From Candidatus Limnocylindrales bacterium (GTDB lineage Bacteria > Chloroflexota > Limnocylindria > Limnocylindrales > CSP1-4): DNA of 46,619 bases. Shown piece after piece: positions 32,615 through 41,128 of this stretch (position 1 is its first letter; each line of letters begins with the position of its first letter). The stretch spans positions 1 to 46,619 of the forward strand of contig DASUMJ010000137.1 of assembly GCA_036277775.1 (NCBI GenBank), written 5' to 3'. Both the position numbers and the translations under genes were made by a program. Under the pieces are notes generated by a model. It was not told the origin of the DNA. It made no database searches and saw only the letters and a list, made by a program, of their open reading frames with translations.

Positions 32615-33592
32615 ATGGATCACCGAGCCTTCCTCGACGACCTGCTGGAGCTCGTCGTCGTGCCGAGCTTCAGCGCCGTGGGGCCGCGGGTCCGCCGGCC
32701 GCTGTGGGCCTGGACGGACCCGAGCCCTGGGTCGCTCGAGGGACGGACCGCCCTCGTGACCGGTGCGACCGGCGGCCTGGGTCGGGCGGCCTCGCGTGCG
32801 CTGGCCGATCTCGGCGCGCGGGTCTTGCTCCTCGGCCGGGATCGCGGGCGTCTCGAGCAGCTCCGGCTCGAGCTCGCGGGCCCGGGCGACGCCGGGCGGT
32901 TCGCCGTCCACGTCGCTGACATGGCCGACCTCGCGTCGGTCCGAGCGGCGGGCCGGGCGATCGCGGCATCAGAGGCCGCGCTCGACATCGTCGTCGACAA
33001 CGCCGGGATGATCTACCCGGACCGGACGGCAGCCGCCGACGGGACCGAGGCGACGATGGCGCTCATGGTGGTCGGCCCGTTCGTCCTCGTGTCGAGCCTG
33101 CTGCCGCTGCTCCGGCGGTCGACGGACGCGCGCGTCGTCGCCGTCACGTCCGGCGGGATGTACGCATCGCCGCTCGACGTCCGCGACCTGGACGGATCGA
33201 GGCTCGAGTACAGCGGCCCACGGTTCTACGCCCGCGCGAAGCGTGCCCAGGTGGCCGTCATCCGCGAGTGGGCCCGTCGTACCCGGGGGTCGGCCGTCAC
33301 GTTCGTGTCGATGCACCCGGGCTGGGCGCGCACGCCGGGCCTCGCCGCGTCACTGCCCGGATTCGAGCGGATCATGAGCCCGATCCTCCGGTCCCCGGAG
33401 GAGGGGATCGACACGATCACCTGGCTCGTGACCGCCCCTCGCACGCAGTTGCAGGCCGGCCGGGTCTACCTGGACCGGCGGCCGCGGCCGTTCGATCGCG
33501 TGCCGTGGACCCGGCTGGGCGCCGCGGAGCGGCGGATGCTGTGGGACGAGGTCGTCCGCCGGACGAGGGACGCCGATCCGGCGCCGGACTGA
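32615..33592 (+). CDS. SDR family oxidoreductase (DHRS12-like)
   Basis: 325 aa from ATG 32615, with AGAGGAG 5 nt upstream. The cofactor motif is '[15 protein letters not shown]', followed by 'DNAG' and the catalytic 'YARAK'. The track start at 32438 would place the start inside the promoter region. Confidence 0.8.
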   Translation: MDHRAFLDDLLELVVVPSFSAVGPRVRRPLWAWTDPSPGSLEGRTALVTGATGGLGRAASRALADLGARVLLLGRDRGRLEQLRLELAGPGDAGRFAVHVADMADLASVRAAGRAIAASEAALDIVVDNAGMIYPDRTAAADGTEATMALMVVGPFVLVSSLLPLLRRSTDARVVAVTSGGMYASPLDVRDLDGSRLEYSGPRFYARAKRAQVAVIREWARRTRGSAVTFVSMHPGWARTPGLAASLPGFERIMSPILRSPEEGIDTITWLVTAPRTQLQAGRVYLDRRPRPFDRVPWTRLGAAERRMLWDEVVRRTRDADPAPD

Positions 33593-33665
33593 GCTCCGCT
33601 GCGGACCGGCGGCAGTGAGGACTTCCCGCTCGCGCTTCCGCCCGCCCGGCGGGCGCCCGACGCGC

Positions 33666-35117
33666 TCAGCTCGCGACGAGCGCGCCGACCCCTTGACGGG
33701 GCCCCACGTCGCGCCCGGACGCGACGCTCCCCGGCCCGCCCGACGGTGCCAGGTAGGTCGCGAGGCCCTCGTCGAGCGGGGTCAGGCGGCGCGGCATCCG
33801 GGCGAGCAGCGGCTCCAGGTCGACCGTCGCCGGGGCGTTGATGAAGTCCACGGCGTCCGGCGTCAGCGGTGGGGACGGCAGCAGCCGCAGCGGCTGCGCC
33901 AGCAGCTTGATGAGCGGTGCCGGGCCCGGGAGGATCGGCCGGGAGACGCCGGCGGCCCGGAGGGCGCGGCCGATGATCGTTCGCATCGTGAAGACGTCCG
34001 GGCCGCCGATCTCGAAGACCTGGTCCACCGCCGCGGGGTCGGCGAGACTGTCGGCGGCCAGGCCCGCGACGTCGTCCACGAAGACCGGGGCCAGCCGCTG
34101 CCGCCCCAGGCTCGTCATCGGGACGACCTGGAGCAGCCGGGCGAACCCGAGGAAGCGGTTCAACGAGACGTCCCGCGGACCGTAGACCCAGGTCGGCCGA
34201 ATGACCGTCCACGGGATGCCGCTCTCCCGGACTGCGGTCTCCGCGCGCCACTTGGCGCGGAACCAGTGGCGTCGCGCGTCGGGGGCGGCCCCGGCACCCG
34301 ACAGATAGACGAGACGGCCGACACCGGCGGCCCGGGCCGTCGCGACGAGGCGCTCCGTGCCGGCCGCGTCCACGGCCATGAACGTCTGCCCGCGGCCCGG
34401 CGCCTCGATCGGGGAGTTGCGGAACGCGAGCGCGATCACGAGCGCGTCCAGGCCGACCATGGACTCGGACAGCCCGTCCCCGGTCGTCGCGTCGGCGTGC
34501 CGGATCTCGACGTCGTCCGGCAGGGGTCCGCGGGCGGACTCGCCGCGGTGGCTCAGGACGACGACGCGATGCCCGCGCCGGTGGAGCTCCGCGGCGATCG
34601 CGCCGCCGACGAAGCCGGTCCCGCCGGCCACCCCGACGGTCAGCGGCCGCTCGTTCGCGGCCGGCCGGGCGAAGATGGCCGCCACGGCCCGCGCGCGATG
34701 GCGAAAGATCTCCAGCAGCTGCGCGCGGACGACCAGGTGATGCGCCAGCGTGCCGAGCGGACCGAGCGGTAGCTCGTAGACGACGGTGTCGTCGATCCGC
34801 GTTCCGCCATCGACCGCGGTGAAGCGGTGCTCGTGGCTCCATCGCCGATACGGTCCGTGGACCTGGACGTCCGTGAATCCGTGAGGCGGGTCGTAGGCCT
34901 CGATCCTCGAGCGCCACCGCATCGGGATCCCGAGCAGCGGCCGGATCCGGTAGTCGATCTCGAGGCCGGCTCGCATCGCGTCGTCCGTCGAGCGTCGCTC
35001 GAACCCCATCGCCGGCGGCGTGATCCGGCCCAGGTTGTCCGGTCGAGCGAAGAACGCGAAGACCTCATCGATCGGGCGATCGACGACCTGGCTCGTTTGC
35101 AGTCGATGGCGGGGCAT
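33666..35117 (-). CDS. fusion protein: SRPBCC domain + NAD(P)-binding NmrA/NDUFA9-like atypical SDR domain
   Basis: 483 aa. The N-terminal ~150 aa read 'VVDRPIDEVFAFFARPDNLGRITPP…WSHEHRF' (cyclase/dehydrase-like). They are followed by 'VGVAGGTGFVGGAIAAEL' (Rossmann) and 'WTVIRPTWVYGPRD'. Confidence 0.75.
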   Translation of the reverse strand: MPRHRLQTSQVVDRPIDEVFAFFARPDNLGRITPPAMGFERRSTDDAMRAGLEIDYRIRPLLGIPMRWRSRIEAYDPPHGFTDVQVHGPYRRWSHEHRFTAVDGGTRIDDTVVYELPLGPLGTLAHHLVVRAQLLEIFRHRARAVAAIFARPAANERPLTVGVAGGTGFVGGAIAAELHRRGHRVVVLSHRGESARGPLPDDVEIRHADATTGDGLSESMVGLDALVIALAFRNSPIEAPGRGQTFMAVDAAGTERLVATARAAGVGRLVYLSGAGAAPDARRHWFRAKWRAETAVRESGIPWTVIRPTWVYGPRDVSLNRFLGFARLLQVVPMTSLGRQRLAPVFVDDVAGLAADSLADPAAVDQVFEIGGPDVFTMRTIIGRALRAAGVSRPILPGPAPLIKLLAQPLRLLPSPPLTPDAVDFINAPATVDLEPLLARMPRRLTPLDEGLATYLAPSGGPGSVASGRDVGPRQGVGALVAS

Positions 35118-35189
35118 GTCAGTCGGACCTCGTGGATCGGGCCATGGCGGCCCGTGTTGCTAACCCGCCTGCCGGGTGCGCGTGGGAAC

Positions 35190-35248
35190 GGTCGCCCGGC
35201 GGCGAGGCCGGGCGACCGCTGGAGGGAGGGGCCCCGGATCCCGGGGCC
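35190..35248 (-). terminator. two GC-rich hairpins downstream of the fasciclin gene
   Basis: Hairpin 1 is GGCCCCGG-atc-CCGGGGCC (35230-35248). Hairpin 2 is GGTCGCCCGGC-ggcgag-GCCGGGCGACC (35190-35217). Neither has a U-tract, so their function as terminators is inferred only. Confidence 0.45.
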
Positions 35249-35265
35249 GGAGCGGCGTGCGTCGA

Positions 35266-35802
35266 CTACGGCAGGAGGACCGAGCCGATGACGTGGATGA
35301 CGCCGTTCGAGGCGGAGATGTCGACGTTCACGATCCCGGCGCCGACGAGCTCGGTCCGCGACAGCCGATCGCCGTTGAGCATCGTGTAGCCGGGTGCACC
35401 GATCACCGACGGGCTGATCCGTCGACCGTTGGTCACGTGGTATAGGAGGATGTCGGCGAGCGCGCCGGCCCCGAACGCGGTGTCGACGCCGCCGCTCTCG
35501 ATGAAGCCGACGACATCAGCCTCGGTGAGCGAAGGATCCCCGAGGATTCCGCGGAACGTCTCGACGAAGGCCCAGTCGGTCGGCGCGAACACCGTGTACT
35601 GGTCGTCGGTGCTCGAGAGGGCTCCGACGAGCCCGGCCTCGATCACCGCGGCCTGGAGGACGTCGAACTCGCCGTCGTTGGCGAGGACGATGTCCACGAT
35701 CGTCGCGTCGCCCGGCTTCGCACCCGGCGCGGCGAGCACCGAGGCGGCGGCGACGGTGAGGGCGAGGAGGGCGGCCGTGGCCCCCGCGAACAGCTTGCGC
35801 AT
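35266..35802 (-). CDS. secreted fasciclin (FAS1) domain protein
   Basis: 178 aa with a signal peptide 'MRKLFAGATAALLALTVAAASVLA'. The FAS1 H1/H2 boxes are 'YTVFAPTDWAF' and 'SNGVIHVIGSVLLP'. GGAG lies 8 nt upstream of the ATG. Confidence 0.8.
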   Translation of the reverse strand: MRKLFAGATAALLALTVAAASVLAAPGAKPGDATIVDIVLANDGEFDVLQAAVIEAGLVGALSSTDDQYTVFAPTDWAFVETFRGILGDPSLTEADVVGFIESGGVDTAFGAGALADILLYHVTNGRRISPSVIGAPGYTMLNGDRLSRTELVGAGIVNVDISASNGVIHVIGSVLLP

Positions 35803-35849
35803 GGTCAGGCTCCTGTTGAACGTACCACCTGTGTCTCAGGTTACGAGGG

Positions 35850-35903
35850 CAACTGTACATACTCTGTACACCCGTTGTCAAGAGTGAGTCAACGCCCTAT
35901 CCT
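35850..35903. promoter_or_regulatory. 11-bp phased operator-like repeats overlapping back-to-back promoters (litR/carH on +, fasciclin on -)
   Basis: TGTACA (35854), TGTACA (35865), TGTCAA (35876) and AGTCAA (35887) are spaced exactly 11 bp apart. On the + strand: TTGTCA (35875-35880), 17 nt, then TATCCT (35898-35903), with ATG at 35913, so the mRNA is essentially leaderless. On the - strand: TTGACA (complement of 35876-35881), 18 nt, then TACAGT (complement of 35852-35857). Confidence 0.5.
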
Positions 35904-35912
35904 GTGCAGACC

Positions 35913-36893
35913 ATGTACAACATCAAGAAAGCAGCAGCCCGTGCCGGGGTCAGCGTCCCGGTCCTTCGCGCCTGGGAACGGCGGTACGGGATCATCAAGC
36001 CCGACCGCACCGCGGGCGGCTACCGCCAGTTCGACGACGCCGACGTCGCCAGGATCCGGACGATGCGGCGGCTCGTGGATGAAGGCTGGTCGCCGAGCGC
36101 CGCAGCGTCCGCGATCATCGCCGGCGCCGTCGACGTCGAGCTCGACGGGGAGCCGGCTCCGCTCGGTGGAGCGGGCTCCGTGGCGAACCGGGCGCTCGGC
36201 CGCGCCGAGGTCGACGATGGTCCGACGGCCGCCGCCGAGCTCGCCGACCGCTTCGTCGCCGGCGCGCGGGCGCTCGACTCACGAGCGATCGCCGCCGCCC
36301 TCGACGACCTGTTCGCGCGCGGCTCCTTCGAGCGCGTGGTCTCCGAGCTGCTCTTCCCCGCGCTCGAGGCACTCGGCGACGCATGGGCCGCGGGTTCGGT
36401 GAGCGTTGCCGGCGAGCACCTCGCCAGCAACGCCGCGCTGCGGCGGCTCGGGCAGGCGCTCGATGCCGCCGGCCCGGCACCGACGGCGCGTGCCGGTCGG
36501 ATCCTCGTCGGGCTGCCACCGGGCGGCCGGCACGAGCTCGGGGCCCTGGCCTTCGCGGTCGCCGCACGACGGGCAGGCCTGCCGGTCGCGTATCTCGGCC
36601 CGGACCTTCCCACGGACGACTGGCTGGCCGCCAGCGACCGGGCCGCGGCCGCCGTGATCGGCGCCGTCACGCCGCGCGACCGCGCGGCCGCGCTCGAGGT
36701 CGCGAGTCGGCTCGGGATCGCCTACCCGGACCTCGTGGTGGCCCTCGCCGGGCGCCACGCGCCGCCGTCGACGGCGTTCCTGCACCTCCCGCCGGGACTG
36801 CGCGACGCGGTCGCTGCACTCGAAGCCGCCCTCGCCGCCCCGGCCGCTGGGCACGGCCGCCCGAGCTCGACGCCGCTCGCGGACCCCGCCTGA
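35913..36893 (+). CDS. litR: MerR-family, cobalamin-binding light-responsive regulator (CarH/LitR class I-like)
   Basis: The MerR HTH is 'MYNIKKAAARAGVSVPVLRAWERRYG…GGYRQF'. The helical-bundle signature is W-x9-E-H ('WAAGSVSVAGEH'). The B12-binding motif is 'GGRHELGALAFA' (x-H-x-x-G). ATG 35913 is preferred over GTG 35904, which would lie upstream of the predicted TSS. Confidence 0.75.
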   Translation: MYNIKKAAARAGVSVPVLRAWERRYGIIKPDRTAGGYRQFDDADVARIRTMRRLVDEGWSPSAAASAIIAGAVDVELDGEPAPLGGAGSVANRALGRAEVDDGPTAAAELADRFVAGARALDSRAIAAALDDLFARGSFERVVSELLFPALEALGDAWAAGSVSVAGEHLASNAALRRLGQALDAAGPAPTARAGRILVGLPPGGRHELGALAFAVAARRAGLPVAYLGPDLPTDDWLAASDRAAAAVIGAVTPRDRAAALEVASRLGIAYPDLVVALAGRHAPPSTAFLHLPPGLRDAVAALEAALAAPAAGHGRPSSTPLADPA

Positions 36894-36940
36894 CCCCGTC
36901 CGGCGTATCGTGAGCCGGCGTCCCGAGAGCGAGGGGCCGG

Positions 36941-37528
36941 ATGGATCGATACGCGGCATTCCCGAGCGTCCCCGTGCTCGAGACCCCACGCCTCGTCCTG
37001 CGCGGGCTGACCCTCGACGACGCGCCCTGGTACCTCCGGCACTTCTCGACGCCCGAGATCGTGTCGGGCCAGGGCTACGCTGCCCCGGTCGACCTCGCCG
37101 CGGCCGAGGCCGAGCTCCGCCGCTTCGTCCTCGACCTGTTCGCCGTGCGGGCCGGCTTCCGCTGGGGCATCGCGACGCGCGACGACCCCGCGCTCATCGG
37201 CTCGGCCGGCCTCTACCGCTGGGTCGACACACCCACGCCCCAGGCCGAGCTCGGCTACGACCTGGACCCGTCAGCGTGGGGACGCGGCTACATGCACGAA
37301 GCCCTCGGCGCGATCCTCGGCCTCGCGTTCGGCCGGATGGGACTCGAGCGCGTCGAGGCATTCGTCCTGGCCACGAACGATCGATCGCAGCGGGTCCTCG
37401 AGCGCCTCGGCTTCCTCCGTGAGGCGCTCCTGCCGGAGCACGGTGAGGACGAGCACGGCGTCCTTCGCGACGAGCTCCGGTTCGGGATCGCCCGCGGGGC
37501 ATGGCACCGCCGCGGCGGGCGCCCCTGA
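36941..37528 (+). CDS. GNAT family N-acetyltransferase (RimJ/RimL-like)
   Basis: 195 aa. 'LETPRLVLRGLTLDDAPWYLRHFS…ELGYDLDPSAWGRGYMHEALGAILGLAF…LERVEAFVLATNDRSQRVLERLGF' is present. It starts 48 nt downstream of litR. Confidence 0.8.
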   Translation: MDRYAAFPSVPVLETPRLVLRGLTLDDAPWYLRHFSTPEIVSGQGYAAPVDLAAAEAELRRFVLDLFAVRAGFRWGIATRDDPALIGSAGLYRWVDTPTPQAELGYDLDPSAWGRGYMHEALGAILGLAFGRMGLERVEAFVLATNDRSQRVLERLGFLREALLPEHGEDEHGVLRDELRFGIARGAWHRRGGRP

Positions 37529-37541
37529 ATCAGAAGGAGGG

Positions 37542-37914
37542 TGGTGGAGATGGGGGAGAGTCGAACTCCCCGTCCAGAGCCCTTCGGCCGCGACCACTAC
37601 GAGCGTGTCCGATCGTTTTCGTCGACCGTCGGGGCGAGGATCGGCACCCTCACCGTCGGTCCAGTCACGTGCCTCTAGATCGAGCTTGACTCCGGACTAC
37701 GCGACGCTCATCCGGGCTGCAGCCCCGCTGCATGACGCTTCCACAACCCGCGGGACCGAGGTTGCTTCCACGCTCACCTTACCGCCTAAGCGGCGAGGGC
37801 GAGAGTCGACTGCTTGTTGGCAGGTACTTCGATTTGCCGCCTGTTTAACGAGGCCTGACGGCACCTCGGCTCGCGTTCACGGTCTTCCGGACCCTGTCGA
37901 AACCACGCATCCCC
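37542..37914 (-). ncRNA. ssrA: transfer-messenger RNA (tmRNA)
   Basis: The - strand reads 5'-GGGGAUGCGUGGUUUCGACAGGG… and ends …GGGGAGUUCGACUCUCCCCCAUCUCCACCA-3'. The acceptor stem has the G3:U wobble and there is a T-arm. The internal tag reading frame GCC AAC AAG CAG UCG ACU CUC GCC CUC GCC GCU UAG (37821-37786) encodes ANKQSTLALAA. Confidence 0.85.
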
Positions 37915-37947
37915 ACAGGATCGGACGCACACCGGCGTCCTGGGCTG

Positions 37948-37976
37948 ATTCTAGCCGAGGTCACGGGATCGGCCAA
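37948..37976 (-). promoter_or_regulatory. candidate ssrA promoter
   Basis: On the - strand: TTGGCC (complement of 37971-37976), 17 nt, then TAGAAT (complement of 37948-37953). This lies ~35 nt upstream of the mature tmRNA 5' end, consistent with a processed precursor. The -10 overlaps the stop codon of the upstream ORF. Confidence 0.4.
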
Positions 37977-38376
37977 GCGGCCGGTCCAGGAACGTGGAGC
38001 GGCCGAATGCGGCGACGAGGATCAGGGCGTTGGACCCGTACATCGCCGCGAGGTGCCACGCGGTCGCGGTGAGCCCCAGGTACGTGGCCGGCGGCCCGAT
38101 GGGCTCCGGCTGCGAGCAGCCGCACGCGGCCTGGAAGAACAGCAGGAGGGCACCGATCCAGACCCCGGCCGTGGTCCATGCTGCGGCGATGGCGGCGCCG
38201 ATCACGTGACCGTGGGGACCGAGCCGCGGGTGGAACGCGCCGGCCGCGACGAGCCCGGCCAGCGTGAGCCCGGCAAAGAACTGGAGCTCGTCCCCGCCGC
38301 CCGGGCCTTCCAGCGCCGAGATCGCCGCGGCGACGGTCGTGAGCCCGGCGGCTCCAAGCGCCAGGACCGATCGCAT
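37951..38376 (-). CDS. hypothetical small membrane protein (4 predicted TM segments)
   Basis: 141 aa starting at an ATG. It has four long hydrophobic stretches and no recognisable family motif. There is no strong SD. It is supported only by ORF length, hydrophobic periodicity and the absence of a competing gene. Confidence 0.45.
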   Translation of the reverse strand: MRSVLALGAAGLTTVAAAISALEGPGGGDELQFFAGLTLAGLVAAGAFHPRLGPHGHVIGAAIAAAWTTAGVWIGALLLFFQAACGCSQPEPIGPPATYLGLTATAWHLAAMYGSNALILVAAFGRSTFLDRPLGRSRDLG

Positions 38377-38430
38377 GGTCCAAGGATCGGGTGCCCGTCA
38401 AGGCGTCCCGGGGGGAGCGGCGCGGCGCGG

Positions 38431-39291
38431 TCAGGCCTCGCCGAGGAGCTTCCGGAGCGCCGCAAGGACGTCGGTGGCCCAGCCCTCGGCGTTCGCGCGG
38501 TGCTCGTCAGGGCCCTGGAAGCCCGTCTCGAAGAGGTGGAGGCGCGTCCCGCCGCCATCCTTCCCGGCGACGTACCACTCGGTTCGGAGCACCTCGGTCG
38601 CATCGGCCAGGGGCACGTCCCGATGCGGCGTCCACGACCAGGCGAGATACCGCGGCGCCTCCACCGCCTCGATCCGGACCGCGAATCGACCGTGGGCCGG
38701 CCAGTCGAACCAGCCCTCCGAGCCGGGCTCGATCGCCAGCCCGACGATCGGGCCGAACCAGCCGTTCAGGCCTTCGGTCGTCGCGATCGCGGCCCACACG
38801 CGGTCGGGCTCGGACCGGAGCTCGTAGGTCTCGCGGATCCCCGCCTGCCATGCGTCGCCCGGCTCGGCCACGAGCTCGGCCAGCTCGTGGAGCTCATCGA
38901 GCCAGCCGTGGACGTTGCCGAAGCGCGCGGCCGGGTCGGTGAAGCCGGTCTCGCGGAGACGGAGCACCGAGCCCCCGTTCCGGCCCGGCTCCAGGGTCCA
39001 CTCGATGACCGTCGTCGGACCCGCGTCGAGCGCCTGGTCCTCCTCGGTCGCCCAGCGGATCACGAGCCGCCGCTCCGGCTCGACCGCCTCGACGCGAGCC
39101 GCGTATCGGCCGCCGTCGTCCCAGTCGAACCACGCCTCGCCACCCGGCCGGAGGTCGATCCCGCAGCGCTGGCTGAACCAGGCGGCAAGCTCCGCCGGAT
39201 CGGTCAACGCCCGCCAGACGCGCGCCGGGCTGGCTCGAAGCTCCAGGCGTCGCTCGATCGCGAGGCCGGGCTCGGTCATCGTCTCAGGCAT
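38431..39291 (-). CDS. tandem AHSA1/SRPBCC-domain protein
   Basis: 286 aa with two copies of the pattern '…SPARVWRALTDPAELAAWF…' and '…EPDRVWAAIATTEGLNGWF…', each ~140 aa. The start overlaps the ArsR stop by 8 nt (alternative ATG 39279). Confidence 0.75.
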   Translation of the reverse strand: MPETMTEPGLAIERRLELRASPARVWRALTDPAELAAWFSQRCGIDLRPGGEAWFDWDDGGRYAARVEAVEPERRLVIRWATEEDQALDAGPTTVIEWTLEPGRNGGSVLRLRETGFTDPAARFGNVHGWLDELHELAELVAEPGDAWQAGIRETYELRSEPDRVWAAIATTEGLNGWFGPIVGLAIEPGSEGWFDWPAHGRFAVRIEAVEAPRYLAWSWTPHRDVPLADATEVLRTEWYVAGKDGGGTRLHLFETGFQGPDEHRANAEGWATDVLAALRKLLGEA

Positions 39292-39598
39292 CGTCGTCCT
39301 CTCCCAGGTGGCGCCGGAGCGCCGCGATTCGCTCGTCCCATGCCGCGGCGTACGGCCGCAGCCAGTCGTCGACCGCCTGGAGCGGCCGGGGGTCGAGCTC
39401 GTGGAGCTGTTCGCGGCCGGCCCGGTGGACCCGCACCAGGCCGCTCGCGCGGAGGATCCCGAGGTGTTTCGACACGGCCTGCCGGGTCATCGGCAGGCCG
39501 TCGCCGAGGGCCGAGACCGAGAGCGCGCCGCCTGCCCGGAGGCGCTCGAGGAGCACCCGCCGGGTGGGATCGGCGACGGCGGCGAAGATCGGGTCCAT
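39284..39598 (-). CDS. ArsR/SmtB family transcriptional regulator
   Basis: 104 aa at the tail of track ORF 39284-41041, starting at ATG 39598. 'FAAVADPTRRVLLERLRAGGALSVSALGDGLPMTRQAVSKHLGILRASGLV' is a winged HTH. Confidence 0.8.
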   Translation of the reverse strand: MDPIFAAVADPTRRVLLERLRAGGALSVSALGDGLPMTRQAVSKHLGILRASGLVRVHRAGREQLHELDPRPLQAVDDWLRPYAAAWDERIAALRRHLGEDDDA

Positions 39599-39613
39599 CT
39601 GGCGGGATAATAC

Positions 39614-39629
39614 GCAACCAATTGGTTGC
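39614..39629. promoter_or_regulatory. perfect 16-bp palindrome, candidate ArsR operator
   Basis: GCAACCAATTGGTTGC lies 16 nt upstream of the ArsR start codon. It sits in the 83-bp divergent intergenic region shared with the zinc-ribbon ORF. Confidence 0.6.
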
Positions 39630-39681
39630 CCGTCAAGCGAGCAGGTACGATCCCGCTCCACGCCATCGATGGAGGCGGTCC

Positions 39682-39879
39682 ATGGACGAGCAGGCTCCGA
39701 CGCCGGTCGGCGGGCGTCCCCGCTGCCCGATCTGCGGTCACGACCAGTACCGGCGCGAGACCGGCAAGATCGACTCCACGTGGGGCATGACGGCCCACAA
39801 GGTGGACATCCTCGTCTGCCTGTCGTGCGGCTACGTGCTCCTCTTCTACCAGGGCAACACGATCTTCGACTTCGACTGA
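39682..39879 (+). CDS. small zinc-ribbon protein
   Basis: 65 aa at the tail of track ORF 38053-39879. ATG 39682 has GGAGGCGG 5 nt upstream. It carries two CxxC pairs ('CPICGHD…CLSCGY'). Confidence 0.55.
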   Translation: MDEQAPTPVGGRPRCPICGHDQYRRETGKIDSTWGMTAHKVDILVCLSCGYVLLFYQGNTIFDFD

Positions 39880-40066
39880 CGGGCCGCGCCCGGCCCACCG
39901 CCCGCCGGCACCTCGCCCGGCGAGGTGGTGCCGGTCGATCCGGTGCCGGGGGGCCAGAAGGACGATGACGCCGGCGTCGCGCTCCGCCACGCTCGGCCCA
40001 CGACCCGGGCACCGGCACGGCGCGCCCGGGCGCGCGGCATCTCGCTGTGCCACAGGGAGCCTCGGC

Positions 40067-41086
40067 ATGGCCGTCAACCTCGGCGCAGACCTCGTCGGTC
40101 GATCGTTCCTGACGTTGCGCGACTTCAGCGCGACCGAGATCGAGTCGCTGCTCGACCTCGCCGCGCGCCTCAAGATCGAGAAGCGCGAGCACCGCGAGAC
40201 CCGCCGCCTCGCCGGGCGGTCGATCGCCCTGATCTTCGAGAAGGACTCCACCCGGACCCGGATCGGCTTCGAGGTCGCGGCCTACGATCAGGGCGCCCAC
40301 GTGACGTACTTCGGGCCAAGCGGCAGCCACATCGGCAAGAAGGAGTCGATCAAGGACACGGCCCGCGTCCTCGGCCGGATCTACGACGCGATCGAGTTCC
40401 GGGGCTTCCACCAGTCCGACGTGGAAGCCCTCGCCCGCTGGTCGGGCGTGCCGGTCTACAACGGCCTGACCGACGAGGATCATCCGACCCAGGTCCTCGC
40501 CGACCTCCTGACGCTCCGGGAGCACGTCGCGAAGCCGCTCCGCGACGTTGCCCTGGCGTACGTCGGCGATGCCCGCGGGAACATGGGCGACGAGCTCCTC
40601 ATCGGCTGCGCGACGATGGGCATGGACCTCCGGATCGTCGCTCCGCAGCCGGTCTGGCCGCGGCCCGACTTCCTCGAGTGTGCCCAGGGCCTCGCGGCCA
40701 GTAGCGGGGCCCGGATCACGGTCACGGAGTCGATCGCCGACGGCGTCCGCGGCGCCGACGCGATCTATACGGACGTGTGGGTCTCGATGGGCGAGCCGGA
40801 GTCCGTGTGGGACGAGCGGATCGCGCTGCTCCGCCCATACCAGGTGGACGCCGCGATGCTCGCCGCGACCGGGAATCCCGAGGTCCGGTTCCTGCACTGC
40901 CTGCCTGCGTTCCACGATCTCTCGACCGACGTCGGGGCGAAGATCTTCGAGCGCCACGGGTTGACGGCCATGGAGGTGAGCGACGAGGTCTTCGAGTCGC
41001 CGGCCTCGATCGTGTTCGACCAGGCCGAGAACCGGATGCACACGATCAAGGCGGTCCTTGTCGCGACGCTGACGCAGCCCGGCTGA
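40067..41086 (+). CDS. argF: ornithine carbamoyltransferase
   Basis: 339 aa from ATG 40067, with AGGGAG ~9 nt upstream. The motifs are 'FEKDSTRTR', 'HPTQVLADL', 'DVWVSMG' and 'FLHCLPA'. The track start at 39965 adds a non-homologous R/P-rich extension. Confidence 0.9.
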   Translation: MAVNLGADLVGRSFLTLRDFSATEIESLLDLAARLKIEKREHRETRRLAGRSIALIFEKDSTRTRIGFEVAAYDQGAHVTYFGPSGSHIGKKESIKDTARVLGRIYDAIEFRGFHQSDVEALARWSGVPVYNGLTDEDHPTQVLADLLTLREHVAKPLRDVALAYVGDARGNMGDELLIGCATMGMDLRIVAPQPVWPRPDFLECAQGLAASSGARITVTESIADGVRGADAIYTDVWVSMGEPESVWDERIALLRPYQVDAAMLAATGNPEVRFLHCLPAFHDLSTDVGAKIFERHGLTAMEVSDEVFESPASIVFDQAENRMHTIKAVLVATLTQPG

Positions 41087-41128
41087 GGTCGCGCCGGGGC
41101 CGGCTCGCCACGGAGGGCAGCGGCCGGC

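Noticed and set aside
37500-38400. A genomic island or prophage integrated at the tmRNA gene.
   Set aside because: No integrase, recombinase or phage-like ORF is present, and no duplicated ssrA 3' fragment is visible on either side. The flanking genes (GNAT, small membrane protein, ArsR operon) have the same GC-rich character as the rest of the window.
39965-40066. ATG 39965 as the argF start (373-aa version).
   Set aside because: The extra 34 aa are R/P/A-rich and unlike OTC N-termini. ATG 40067 is preceded by AGGGAG and gives the canonical …SFLTLRDFS… start of the family.
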